DNA of 64,000 bases from Mytilus trossulus (taxonomy: Eukaryota): positions 496,001 to 560,000 of the forward strand of contig NC_086382.1 in NCBI RefSeq assembly GCF_036588685.1. The letters are read 5' to 3'. The notes under the pieces are model-generated. The model did not search any database. It was not told the origin of the DNA and saw only the letters and a list, made by a program, of their open reading frames with translations. The position numbers and the translations under genes are program-made. Below, piece by piece: positions 1 to 13,080 of this stretch (within the stretch, counting starts at the first letter, position 1; the number at the start of each line of letters is the position of its first letter).

Positions 1-544
1 TATTTTGTTAATCTTGTGTATAGTATCAATCCCGTTGAAGTATTACTATGCATTTAGATAAATAAAAGATACTTAATCAGTTTATAGACAAATGTATATC
101 TACATATATGCACCTGGAAGTAAGCTTATTCGGTCTAAGTCTTGATTTTCAAAAACTACCAATCCCACTGCTAAGGGACTATAAGTCATAAACTGGAATC
201 CGCTTGTTTTTCGCTACACTATGGACAAAGTGTAGTAGTTAGCCAAGAAGTTAGTCAAGAACCATCTTAGTCCCCCAGTTCTTTGTAATTAAATTTAGGC
301 TGCTGTTCATTGTTAAGATTCAGTGAACGTTGCTAACCTGCAAGCCATTTGAAGGTTGCTAAAGTTTTCGGGTAAAAAGCATTGTCCATTGTACGGTGCA
401 GTTTGTTCCGTTATTAACGTTGACCATCTTGTTAAAAGGTTTTCTAATGTTTTGGTAGTTTGATGACAATCATCTGGCAATTGCAACATTTCCAGATTTA
501 GTGTGTGCGTGGTTAATCGTCTACTGGTTATTGCCTTATTTTGT

Positions 545-1263
545 GTTTGTTCAGTTTTCCAGATGCAGATAGATTAGACCGATGTTTTTCCTGTTTGAAA
601 GGTTTTACACTAGTCATTTTTGAAGTCTTTTTTAGCTTGATGTTCAGTGTGAGCCAAGGTTCCGTGTTGAAGGCCTTACCTTGACCTATAATGGTTAACT
701 TTTATAAATTATTACTTGGATTAAGAGTTGTCTCAATGACACTCATAGTGACCACATTTTCCTATGAATATGTTTGTGTGCTTAGTTAATCGTCTGCTGC
801 ACATCTTGTTGCATATTCATAAATGGTAATGTTGCAATAGTAAATAGACCAATACAGGATATATCACGTAATTTGAGATCGATAGATTGTCATGTTTTTT
901 TTAAATGCTGTATTGTTGTCTCAATGGTGTTTACCCTAATAAATCCTTCACCCCGTATTGACGCATGGTATTCAATAGATATAGGAAGATGTGGTGTGAG
1001 TGCCAATGAGACAACTCTCCATCCAAATAACAATTTAAAAATTAAACCATTATAGGTTAAAGTACGGCCTTCAACACGGAGCCTTGGCTCACACCGAACA
1101 ACAAGCTATAAAGGGCCCCAAAATTACTAGTGTAAAACCATTCAAACGGGAAAACCAACGGTCTAATCTATATAAACAAAACGAGAAACGAGAAACACGT
1201 ATATATTACATAAACAAACGACAACTACTGTACATCAGATTCCTGACTTAGGACAGGTGCAAA
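545..1263. repeat. Two oppositely oriented copies (~545-770 +, ~975-1263 -) of an abundant dispersed repeat family
   Basis: gtgtgagccaaggttccgtgttgaaggcc...agagttgtctcaatgacactca is mirrored by tgagtgccaatgagacaactct...ggccttcaacacggagccttggctcacac. The same or a related motif recurs near 1700, 22990, 23600, 30540, 31390, 35050 and 56640. Family not assignable by eye. Confidence 0.75.
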
Positions 1264-1878
1264 CACATTATTGAGTTCTCAATAAATCTAAGTTGATTAA
1301 CTATTCAAATTTGAAATACATGGATTCATTTATTTTCGTGAGTACCAATTTTCGTGGTTTGAGGAAAACTTGCCTATTCGTGGATATTTGATTTTGTGGT
1401 TATGGCAAAGTTTGTGTACATTCCGTTAGAAAATTTGTTGAACATTTATATCCGTGGTTCCCTTGTATCCAGAAATCATCGAAATTGTTATCCAACGGAA
1501 ATGAAACTAATCCACAGTAAGCAGGTCTGACCTTTAGATATCTGTCTTGAGTAAAGCATCATGGCAGTGGTTGTCTTTTTAATAGTGTAATGGTTGTTAT
1601 CCTTAAAAGAGTATGGTGTGGATAGTTGACCTTTTCAAGTCGTAAATTTGTCTTGAATTAGGACAATTGAATACTTGACATATGGTTTCAACATTAACCT
1701 AATGTTGAAGACCGTACCTTGACCTATAATAGTTTACTTTTATAAATTGATACTTGGACCTTCTGCTGTTGTTTTTGCTATGGTCGGGTTGTTGTCTCTT
1801 AGACACTTTCCCTATTTCCATTCTCAATTTTATTGGATGGAGAGTTGTCTCAGCGGTTTTTTTTTAACCACGTCTATT

Positions 1879-2109
1879 GAGGCCCCTCATGGGGGGGGGG
1901 GGGTCCTAGTAATCACATAATCACCATTTTTTTGCCAATATAATCACATCATCATTAAATATTTGCTTATCTTAAGTAATCAAATAATCATAAACTAAAA
2001 ATACAGTCCTAGGTAATCAAATAATCATGAAATATTTGGCTTTATAATCAAATAATCATTAAAAAAACGGCCAAGTAATCACATTATCAAAAACCCCATG
2101 AGGGCCCTC
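1879..2109. mobile_element. 231-bp MITE with 16-bp TIRs and 6-bp TSD
   Basis: Left end gaggcccctcatgggg, right end ccccatgagggccctc. Direct repeat tctatt at 1873-1878 and 2110-2115. Internal taatca(c/a)ataatca subrepeats. Confidence 0.8.
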
Positions 2110-2157
2110 TCTATTCATTCACATGCTAACATAAAATTGGCACGTTTGTCTTAGCTA

Positions 2158-5058
2158 TTTTCCATTTGACTAGGACCATGTAGAACCCCTGATAAACAAT
2201 TCGCTGTAGAATAACATCGTCTGCCCTAGCCCTTTTCCATTTGACTAGAACCATGTAGAACCCCGATAAACATTTCGCTGTAGAATAACATCGTCTGCCC
2301 TAGCCCCTTTCCATTTGACTAGAACCATGTAGAACCCCCGATAAACAATTCGCTGTAGAATAACATCGTCTGCCCTAGCCCTTTTCCATTTGACTAGAAC
2401 CATGTAGAACCCCTGATAAACAATTCGCCGTAGAATAACATCGTCTGCCCTAACCCTTTTCTGTTTGACTAGGACCATGTAGAACCCCCGATAAACAATT
2501 CGCTGTAGAATAACATCGTCTGCCCTAGCCCTTTTCCATTTGACTATAACCATGTAGAACCCCCGATAAACAATTCGCTGTAGAATAACATCGTCTGCCC
2601 AAACCCTTTTCCATTTGACAAGAAACATGTAGAACCCCTGATAAACAATTCGCTGTAGAATAACATCGTCTGCCCTAGCCCTTTTCCATTTTACTAAAAC
2701 CATGTAGAACCCCTGATAAACAATTCGCTGTAGAATAACATCGTCTGCCCTAGCCCTTTTCCATTTGACTAGGACCATGTAGAACCCCCTATAAACAATT
2801 CGCTGTAGAATAACATCGTCTGCCCTAGCCCTTTTCCGTTTGACTAGGACCATGTAGAACCCCCGATAAACAATTCGCTGTAGAATAACATCGTCTGCCC
2901 TAGCCCTTTTCCATTTGACTAGGACCATGTAGAACCCCCGATAAACAATTCGCTGTAGAATAACATCGTCTGCCCTAGCCCTTTTCCATTTGACTAGAAC
3001 CATGTAGAACCCCCGATAAACAATTCGCTGTAGAATAACATCGTCTGCCCTAGCCCTTTTCCGTTTGACTAGGACCATGTAGAACCCCCGATAAACAATT
3101 CGCTGTAGAATAACATCGTCTGCCCTAGCCCTTTTTCATTTGACTAGAACCATGTAGAACCCCTGAAAAACAATTCGCTGTAGAATAACATCTTCTGCCC
3201 TAGCCCTTTTCCGTTTGACTAGGACCATGTAGAACCCCCGATAAACAATTCGCTGTAGAATAACATCGTCTGCCCTAGCCCTTTTCCATTTGACTAGGAC
3301 CATGTAGAACCCCCGATAAACAATTCGCTGTAGAATAACATCGTCTGCCCTAGCCCTTTTCCATTTGACTAGAACCATGTAGAACCCCCGATAAACAATT
3401 CGCTGTAGAATAACATCGTCTGCCCAAACCCTTTTCCATTTGACTAGGACCATGTAGAACCCCCGATAAACAATTCGCTGTAGAATAACATCGTCTGCCC
3501 TAGCCCTTTTCCATTTGACTAGGACCATGTAGAACCCCCGATAAACCATTCGCTGTAGAATAACATCGTCTGCCCTAGCCCTTTTCCGTTTGACTAGGAC
3601 CATGTAGAACCCCCGATAAACAATTCGCTGTAGAATAACATCGTCTGCCCTAACCCTTTTTCATTTGACTAGAACCATGTAGAACCCCTGAAAAACAATT
3701 CGCTGTAGAATAACATCTTCTGCCCTAGCCCTTTTCCGTTTGACTAGGACCATGTAGAACCCCCGATAAACAATTCGCTGTAGAATAACATCGTCTGCCC
3801 TAGCCCTTTTCCATTTGACTAGGACCATGTAGAACCCCCGATAAACAATTCGCTGTAGAATAACATCGTCTGCCCTAGCCCTTTTCCATTTGACTAGAAC
3901 CATGTAGAACCCCCGATAAACAATTCGCTGTAGAATAACATCGTCTGCCTAAACCCTTTTCCATTTGACTAGGACCATGTAGAACCCCCGATAAACAATT
4001 CGCTGTAGAATAACATCGTCTGCCCTAGCCCTTTTCCATTTGACTAGGACCATGTAGAACCCCCGATAAACAATTCGCTGTAGAATAACATCGTCTGCCC
4101 TAGCCCTTTTCCGTTTGACTAGGACCATGTAGAACCCCCGATAAACAATTCGCTGTAGAATAACATCGTCTGCCCTAGCCCTTTTTCATTTGACTAGAAC
4201 CATGTAGAACCCCTGAAAAACAATTCGCTGTAGAATAACATCTTCTGCCCTAGCCCTTTTCCGTTTGACTAGGACCATGTAGAACCCCCGATAAACAATT
4301 CGCTGTAGAATAACATCGTCTGCCCTAGCCCTTTTCCATTTGACTAGGACCATGTAGAACCCCCGATAAACAATTCGCTGTAGAATAACATCGTCTGCCC
4401 TAGCCCTTTTCCATTTGACTAGAACCATGTAGAACCCCCGATAAACAATTCGCCGTAGAATAACATCGTCTGCCCTAGCCCTTTTCCATTTGACTAGAAC
4501 CATGTAGAACCCCCGATAAACAATTCGCCGTAGAATAACATCGTCTGCCCTAGCCCTTTTCCATTTGACTAGAACCATGTAGAACCCCCGATAAACAATT
4601 CGCTGTAGAATAACATCGTCTGCCCAAACCCTTTTCCATTTGACTAGGACCATGTAGAACCCCCGATAAACAATTCGCTGTAGAATAACATCGTCTGCCC
4701 TAGCCCTTTTCCATTTGACTAGGACCATGTAGAACCCCCGATAAACAATTCGCTGTAGAATAACATCGTCTGCCCTAGCCCTTTTCCGTTTGACTAGGAC
4801 CATGTAGAACCCCCGATAAACAATTCGCTGTAGAATAACATCGTCTGCCCTAGCCCTTTTTCATTTGACTAGAACCATGTAGAACCCCTGAAAAACAATT
4901 CGCTGTAGAATAACATCTTCTGCCCTAGCCCTTTTCCGTTTGACTAGGACCATGTAGAACCCCCGATAAACAACTCGCTGTAGAATAACATCGTCTGCCC
5001 TAGCCCTTTTCCATTTGACTAGAACCATGTAGAACCCCCGATAAACAATTCGCTGTAG
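2158..5058. repeat. 75-bp satellite array, ~38-39 copies, with higher-order structure
   Basis: Monomer ccatttgactag(g/a)accatgtagaacccccgataaacaattcgctgtagaataacatcgtctgccctagccctttt is repeated with few substitutions. Confidence 0.97.
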
Positions 5059-7274
5059 GTTGATGAATAGCATTCTCTAAAGAACAGTGCTCAAAACTAG
5101 GAAATACCTATACATCGTCTGCCCAATAGGAAGCAAAGTGATATACAATTCCCCGCCAAAACCTCTCAAGGCTGACGTGTTAAGTAAGTAGGTACTTGCT
5201 ATCAGAGTAATAATACTAATTATATACATAATATCTACATTATCTTTAACAAGTGTGCCTCGGTTCCGTTTTTAACAATATTTTCGCTTTATCATATCTA
5301 CAGTTTGTCAGCCACTTGTTGAAATTCTTCCGTTTAATATTATTTAACTCGAGTAGGAATGAGTCGTCATTTTATTGAAGGTTAAGTCCGATTAAGCTTG
5401 TTAAAGCTTGTTTATTCAGATACTGAAAAAACATAAATTCAAACTTCTTATACGTGTATTTTTATGCAATTTTATTTAGGTGCAATTTCATAAAAGAGTT
5501 TAAGATATGACTGTGTAAGTTTTACATGATTCGAAACAGGAACCGAGATACACCAATACATAAAACAATCTCTTATTTAGTTACCCAAGGACCTGAAGCC
5601 ATGAGGGAGGATTTTTGTTCATTTTCAAGAGACAAATTGGAAATTTACCACAAACTCTGGCGGAATATATCAGATAGTCTCTGTTAATTAACTGAAAACT
5701 TTTCTAGACTCGGGTGCAATAGTACGTGACACAGTTCGATGACCTTAAGATGACCTTAAGATGTCTTTGCTTGTTTGTGTCGTTGAGTTGCTGTCATATT
5801 GACCTTCACTTCCTAATCCGTTTATTCATATTTATAATACTACTGATGATTGCTTTTTTCCCCGTCAACAACTCCGAAATACTTGACCTCTTTGTTTCTT
5901 TCATTTATGGAGAACCCCTATTTGCCTCTTAATCGTGAAAGGTTTTTTATGCAATTATTTCTTATCTTCAATGGCATGTTAAAAGATCAATCTATCTTAT
6001 ACCAATCAGTTTTGAAACTTAATCACTTTAAAGAGGGGATGGATGAATGGGACTGAATGAATCTGAGGGATGAAGAATGGTTTCACGTAATATATATTTA
6101 TCCTTCTGTATTAAATATTGTTTTTCTTCATTGTTGGTTTGTTGTCTTACTCAAGTAACATGTATGTATGTTTATATTTGCGTGTTGTGTCGTTTCTTAT
6201 TAATCATTTTAATTTTAGCGTTTCTTTCAATAAACGTAACTGTCTGTAGTCTGAAATCTTTCCTTTATCATGTTTATCTTTTATCCGTATGCACTTTCTC
6301 AACAATCAAACATTCCCAACCTTGAGTTCGGATAATCCAAGTTACGATTATCTCTAGCTGAAGTACCATCACAAACGTCCGGCCATAGCAATAAACACAA
6401 AGTCAATTGGCACCACAATATAACAGAATGACAGTTTTATGGACGGTTATAATCAGTAGTTACAATTCTGACAGAATTATTGTTATATTACCACACTAAC
6501 ACATGGTTATAGTCATCATTTCTCAAATGTTTACTCAAAACTATAATCAAGGAAAAAATGTAACATATTTTCCATCAGAGAGAAAAAAACGTTACTACAG
6601 TGAAATCAATATTACTTGTGAATAAGTTTGAGATTGTCTTGTGAATTCTTCCAACTCGTATTGAGGTAACAAGTAATTGTATGTCAAAACGAATTAACAT
6701 ACAAACTCTTTTTCTGACAACTCTAATCAACATTATAACTAAGATATGCTATATTTATAAAAGTTAACGCTTCTTGTTATTAAAAAAATGGTATGCCTTT
6801 AGTGCAGTTAACGTCATTCAAGATTTTAATAATATTTTGAATTAAATTATGAAGACCAAGTCTCGATGTCCTTTTTCGAAGAAGTATTCTCAAAATATAA
6901 AACCTCATTTGTCAGTGCGTGGAACGGGTATAGCAGCCTTTCAGAACATATGGTTCAGCCCTTGTTTCTCAGTCTTGAGTGAGTTGGATCGTTCATCGTT
7001 TTGTTGCCACTGTAGCTTTTATAAATTGGACAGTACTAGTTCTTACGTTTTTAAGTGATTTGCTGGTATTTTCGCAAACATCTAAGACGTAAAACTTATT
7101 GTCAAATACGACATTTTTATTACTCGACCTGTACATTCATGTCAACGAGCTTTAGGTGTTGCACTCGTTGAGCAGGATCTGTTTACCCCCTCCCCCTATT
7201 TTTTTTTTGCTTGATTGGATTCGATTAGAGTCGGTGTTTATTTTGCCATACATCATATTGTGAACTTATGTTTG

Positions 7275-7368
7275 CCTTTGTGTGGTTTTCACCATGTGTT
7301 AACCTTTGTGTGGTTTTCACCATGTGTTAACCTTTGTGTGGTTTTCACCATGTGTTAACCTTTGTGTG
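7275..7368. repeat. 28-bp tandem repeat x3.3
   Basis: cctttgtgtggttttcaccatgtgttaa at 7275, 7303 and 7331, with a partial copy at 7359. Confidence 0.9.
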
Positions 7369-7827
7369 TGTCCATTTCTTTTTATGAATTTGGAAATCCT
7401 ACTTAGCTATTTAATCAAAAGACGGTATCGATTTGCAACTTTGTCACCATGTACGAATTTTAAATGCAAAAAATGTTTAAGTTGCACATGTTGCAACAGT
7501 ACTGATGAAATAGATCCATTTATTTTTTAATTTGAAATAAAGGGAGACAAAATAACATATCATATGTTTGCAGTTTTAATGAGTATAAATGTAATCCTTA
7601 TTCATTTAGTTTTGTATGTCAAACGGTTAAATGCTTGCAGCTATTTGAGTGACGTTTTATGGCATGTATAATTGCATTTAGAATTAATATTCTTCCGCAT
7701 GTCCTTGTAAATATATTGTCCTCAAACATGCAAACTTTAATTGCATTAAAAAGTATTTAAAAGACAATTTTTCGTGTCACACAAGTATTAAGACAGGAAC
7801 TTTCTTGAACCTTTATTTTGAAACTTC

Positions 7828-8252
7828 TTTTTGAAATACATGTAGAACCGATCAAGAGACTCTGTTTTTGTGATAAGAAAAAAGGGGGAGGTATATCTAT
7901 GTCTCACTTTTTTCCCCTGCAGTTTTGTTAAGTTACACGTGAATTGTCTTAATAAATTAGTATTATAATTAATACTATTAATCTATGTTCTTGTTTTTCT
8001 TTCAATGCTACATGTTTGTAGTGTTTAATGACTATCGTTTTCTAATTTTAATATGACTGTCTGTTTGTTTGTTTTTGTTGTGTATTTTAGTAACAATCCT
8101 ATTGTTTGGATTTCAAACTAATAAAATTCTTATTCTTTTGAAATAGAACCGGTCAAGAGACTGTTTTTGTGATAAGAAAAAGGGGAGGTAAATCTATATC
8201 TCACTTTTTTCCCTCCAGTTTTGTTAAGGTACACATGAATTGTCTTAATAAA
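7828..8252. repeat. Local diverged direct duplication of ~120 bp (7828-7956 and 8135-8252)
   Basis: agaaccg(a/g)tcaagagac...tgtttttgtgataagaaaaa...gaattgtcttaataaa occurs twice, about 300 bp apart. Confidence 0.8.
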
Positions 8253-9214
8253 AAGTTGTGAAACTTTTTCTGTCTCCTCAAAACTTTTGAGAAAAGTAGT
8301 TGAATATTGTCGAAGGAATATAAACCCTAGCTTGACTATGGAATAAGTTCCCTTATGCAAACGATAGTTTCATTTGGTTCTCGTGTGAATTACTCCATCA
8401 TTCCATAGAAGAATGTAAATTAAAAAAAAAAATGAAGTCCAGGTCTCGTATGACTTTCCACATTAAAACACCCAATAAAAAATCTATAAACAAGGGAGTT
8501 TTAAGTTATTCCTTTTTCAATGTTTCACTAACTGATAAGAGGTTTAGAAAGAAGGCAGAATTGTTTCTTTTAAGAAACTATTTTTTGCAAGATTTTTGTT
8601 AAAAGTTCCTCTAGCTGCCGAAGCTTACAAAATCATAGAAAATACAAGTACGTTTAATGTCAGTGCTTAAAATTCTAATAAAGTTGTGCAGAAATCACCG
8701 TTGTTGAGTAATTGATAGTACCATGCATTTTACAGATATTTTTTTTTCTCGATTTTAGAAAAATGCAGGTGTGTCCCGAGAAGTATATGATAAAATCTGA
8801 CGCGTACTTCAGGATACTATATCAAAATTTCATCTTAATGTCTGCACTTACAAAAAGACTAACAATACGTGCTCATCAATGCTCTATCAATCAAACTTTA
8901 TGCAATGGATACCTGTCGATCTGTGAAGTTCAATACAAATAAATTATTACTCTATTGTTTACGCTAATAAAATATAACAGTCTGCCATTAAGTCATAAAC
9001 CTCTAATATAATGATCAACTTGGGAATATTCTCGTTCGATACAAAATTGCATTGTAATACTAAATGGTGTTATATCTTCATTTATAAAATATGTAAACCG
9101 CTTAGTAGATAGATGTTCCTGCAGAAATGTCAATGACTGAAAAATGATATATTAAAAGGCGAATCTTCATTTTATGTACCTATGTATATAATTGGTTAAA
9201 AAAGGATTCTCAGG

Positions 9215-9435
9215 GTTCTATGTGGGTACTGGACATGTAGTGATGCTCCTAGTTCTATGTGGGTACTGGACATGTAGTGATGCTCCTAGTTCTATGTGGG
9301 TACTGGACATGTAGTGATGCTCCTAGTTCTATGTGGGTACTGGACATGTAGTGATGCTCCTAGTTCTATGTGGGTACTGGACATGTAGTGATGCTCCTAG
9401 TTCTATGTGGGTACTGGACATGTAGTGATGCTCCT
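9215..9435. repeat. 37-bp minisatellite x6 (perfect)
   Basis: gttctatgtgggtactggacatgtagtgatgctccta at 9215, 9252, 9289, 9326, 9363 and 9400 (last copy lacks the final base). Confidence 0.95.
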
Positions 9436-12400
9436 TAATTCATCAAATCTACAACTAGGGAAGTAAACAAATGGTTTTCTTAAATCTAAAACTTTTTTTA
9501 AGATGAGGAAAAGGAACTCAATTTTTTTCCATTTTTTTTCTTCTGGAAATAAACTTCTTTTTATGATTTATATTTGTGACAAGTATACACGTGTATGTAC
9601 TAAATGACTTAAAAGAAAGAATGATTATCATTTAACATGTTTAATATAATAAAAATTATAAAGATTGAAAATAAAAATCTTCCCCCCTCTTTTCCAAAAA
9701 AATATAGGTTTATATGGTTAGCTGGAAACAATAGGCCCGGAGGGTAAAAAAGTAGAGCGTCTATGGATTTAATTTAAAAAATATTTGAACTAAGGACAGG
9801 CAAACTTTTTCTAACCAATAATTTGTATATACATGTACATATATACTCGAAAGAAACAATATAAACCTGAAGCGATATTAATGGATTGAGACTGAACTTC
9901 TTCGCCAAAGCACATATAATGGTCGGAGGGTTTAATTTAGGTGTATACATCCTTAAGCCTAATGATTATTGTTTAATAAAATTATTATTAACAGTTTATA
10001 ATGTTTGAAACCAAGTAATGACTTTCAAGATAGGTCTATTAAAATTTTCGATATAGAATGCCTAGCTTGGTATTGTTAATGTGTAAAAAAAATACACAAG
10101 AATTTTTCACGTGTACCATATCTTCCTCCAAGTAAAAAACTTATTTTTCTTTCGACACGTAGCTCTTGTAACATGGCATTGCACCCACAAAACCCAAATC
10201 AAACTTGACACATTATACTGAAAATACAGAAACGGACAGATGGAAAAATGAAATGAACGACTGAGACGGTGAAATGCATTTCACCTGTCAATTATCGGAG
10301 CAAACTTTACCGTGTTATAAATATTCTAGATGATTTAACCAGATTTTTCTATCAATTAACGTGACACGTCTGAGCCTTATGGAAAGTGATGAACTTTCAC
10401 AGCAATCATAATTACCAAACATTTGTAAACTTACAAAAATGGATGACCCGTCTTTTTTTATAATGCTATATTTTTACTAAATTGTTTTTCTATTACTTTA
10501 AAATTGGCGGGAATTTTATTTTTCTTCCTAATGTTTTATCTATTATCTGTGTTTTCTCTGGAATTTCGATAAAGTTTGAAAATAAGTTACATAACTTTTA
10601 CCGAACAAAAAACTACTACAACAATAGCAGTTTTACAGTGTGCCCCTGACATTTAGGTGGGCCGTACATATCCACATTTTATTCTATGCGAATGACGAAG
10701 GAGTTGATTTTTTGTAAGTTAAGCATACACATGATAAAACATTTTCTTAATTTGTTCCAGTGTTATTGTAAAAGTTATCAGCTTTGGTATACAATAAGTA
10801 ATGTTAGGCGACGCGAAGGTCAAATAGAACGACCGAGAAATGTTGAATGGGATAAACTGGCTAAAAAAGTACATGCAAAAAAATATAAATATTGCTGTTT
10901 CAATGACCGAATTTTCATTTCATAATTGTTGGAAGCTTGAAAAAGTCATAATCTAACTAAAGTGGTTCAAAAAATCATACGACTTTCAATTCTTAATTAA
11001 AAATCAATTATTGACAAAATATTTACATTAAACAATTGAAAACTGCTAATAATGTGTTTAGAATATTATTGGAATTTTCTTTGTTTAAAACAACATTTTC
11101 TAATACCAGCTGCTATGTTGCATTACAAACCCAGTGCTTTCACATAAATTAGAAACTGGATATTTTTCGTTAAACCGACAGAGATATCTATTTGCGTTTG
11201 GCTATGTTTACTTCTTTAACATGATAAATCTTTCACATTCTTCCTAAGTTGCACACAAGCTCCTTTTAAATATGTGAAAGATTTGAATGGTTTCGACCTA
11301 CATAAAACGAAAGAGATTTACAAATTATGTGTATTTCATCTCGGGTTGAGAATAAACAATAAACAGTATGGCAGGATACTTAAACATCATTTAAACTATT
11401 TGGAAAGCTAGTGTTTAAGTGCGTTTAGAAAGTCACAAAAGTTTAAGTAACATGGTGAAAATAAGGCGAACACGTAGCAAGAAGTATTAAGGTATTAAGT
11501 ATGATAAATCTCGTCACAATCCTTCGCGACAGTTTTATGAATTAAGAAAAGAATTATCTTTTCAAAATGGTAACAAAACATTTTCCCTGCTATCATTATA
11601 GTGACATAGATTTATGAATTGGGAAAGAAACTTTGTAAAATTGGATTTAGTAAGGTAACACAACTATTTAACTCCACCTTCATGACACCAGTGAATATAT
11701 TTAAATGTTCATAATAACTGACTATTATATTCTATTAAGCCATATATAATAATATGTCAACAAAATCGGATATGTTGGTTTCACATGCTCGGTCGATCTA
11801 GAGGTGGTGATAAGGGGGTATATGCATGAAAAACTAGAAGGCAAAAGTCTTTTAAATCTGACATTTTTATCTCTGACCATAAATAACAAGATATGAAAAT
11901 AATGAACAATAATAAGGGATCTTGAACAATGCAAACATATGAAAAATAACCTAATATAATGAGATGTTCTGCTTGAACGACTCTTTGTACAATAGATCAT
12001 TATTTATAGTTACTTGGGAATATCAACCTTTGATATACTTTACTGTAGTTCACAGCACAGCCAAAATAAAATTATTTCTACCCAGATTTTCTAAATTATA
12101 TTCCGATTCACTGTTTTTACTTAGCCCCAATCTTTCAGAATAATGAAGTCAAGCTTAAATTCCCAAATGAAAACAATTCTACATTTCTGCACTCAGTTAA
12201 CTAGGTAATTTTTGTTTTATATAAACAACTGCTTTACAATGTGCCTTTATTCAAATGCTGCCTCTATTGAACTGAAAAATTACAGATTGTTCACGCGAAC
12301 ATTCCTCCAAAATTTGTTTTTATAAAACTAAATTCTTAAATTCACAACTTAATTCTTTCTAAACGTCAAATTTTTATCAACTTCACATTCCAAATAATCT

Positions 12401-13080
12401 TGATAAAGTAGAAAAATTCGAACAAAACTGGGAAGAATTATTCAAAATTGAAACGTGTTAACAATTTTCCAATTTTAACGACTTAAATCTGGCATGCATG
12501 TTTATAATCAGATAATAAAAACCTTTGACCCTTAAATACTGAGGCAGTTCTACAATACACATTAAAATACATACCACTGCGATGTAGAAAGAGATTTTCA
12601 AATCTATTGGGGGAGCGTAAAGTGATTTTTTTACCTAGTTAATGGAGTTCCATGTAGCATGTTGCCAATATCTTAGATGCAAAATATAACTGTCAGAAAC
12701 TATGAAAGTAGATACCCCCATAAATCTTTAACGAAAATCTGCGGGTAGTCTCTTCCTGTTTTTGTTTTCTGAAAGATCCATATGGCTTAAACCCCGCTGT
12801 TTTATATCATGGTTTTAATTCCACAGACTTCAGCAGATTTATCAATGAATGATGGTAGTTTGAACACAATCAACATTATGAGAGAAAAGCTTTGATTTAA
12901 CAGAATTCTCGTTAATAGAGTTTAATAATACACACAAACATATTACCCTTGGAGAGTTATCCATCAACTTATAAAGCTGATACGAGTATTTCACAAATGT
13001 TTTTAACGTATAATGCAACAAATCACGAAAACAACAAATAGCCCAGCCGTATAACGTAATATATATAAACCAAACCATGC

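Noticed and set aside
2245-5073. Minus-strand ORFs of 25-aa repeats (MVLVKWKRARADDVILQRIVYRGFY)
   Set aside because: These are a by-product of a 75-bp (multiple of 3) satellite. The HOR variant monomer introduces recurring stops, and there is no unique coding flank or domain.
9215-9435. 37-bp repeat as a CRISPR array (likewise the 28-bp and 26-bp arrays)
   Set aside because: The units are contiguous with no unique spacers, there are no cas genes, and the context is eukaryotic.
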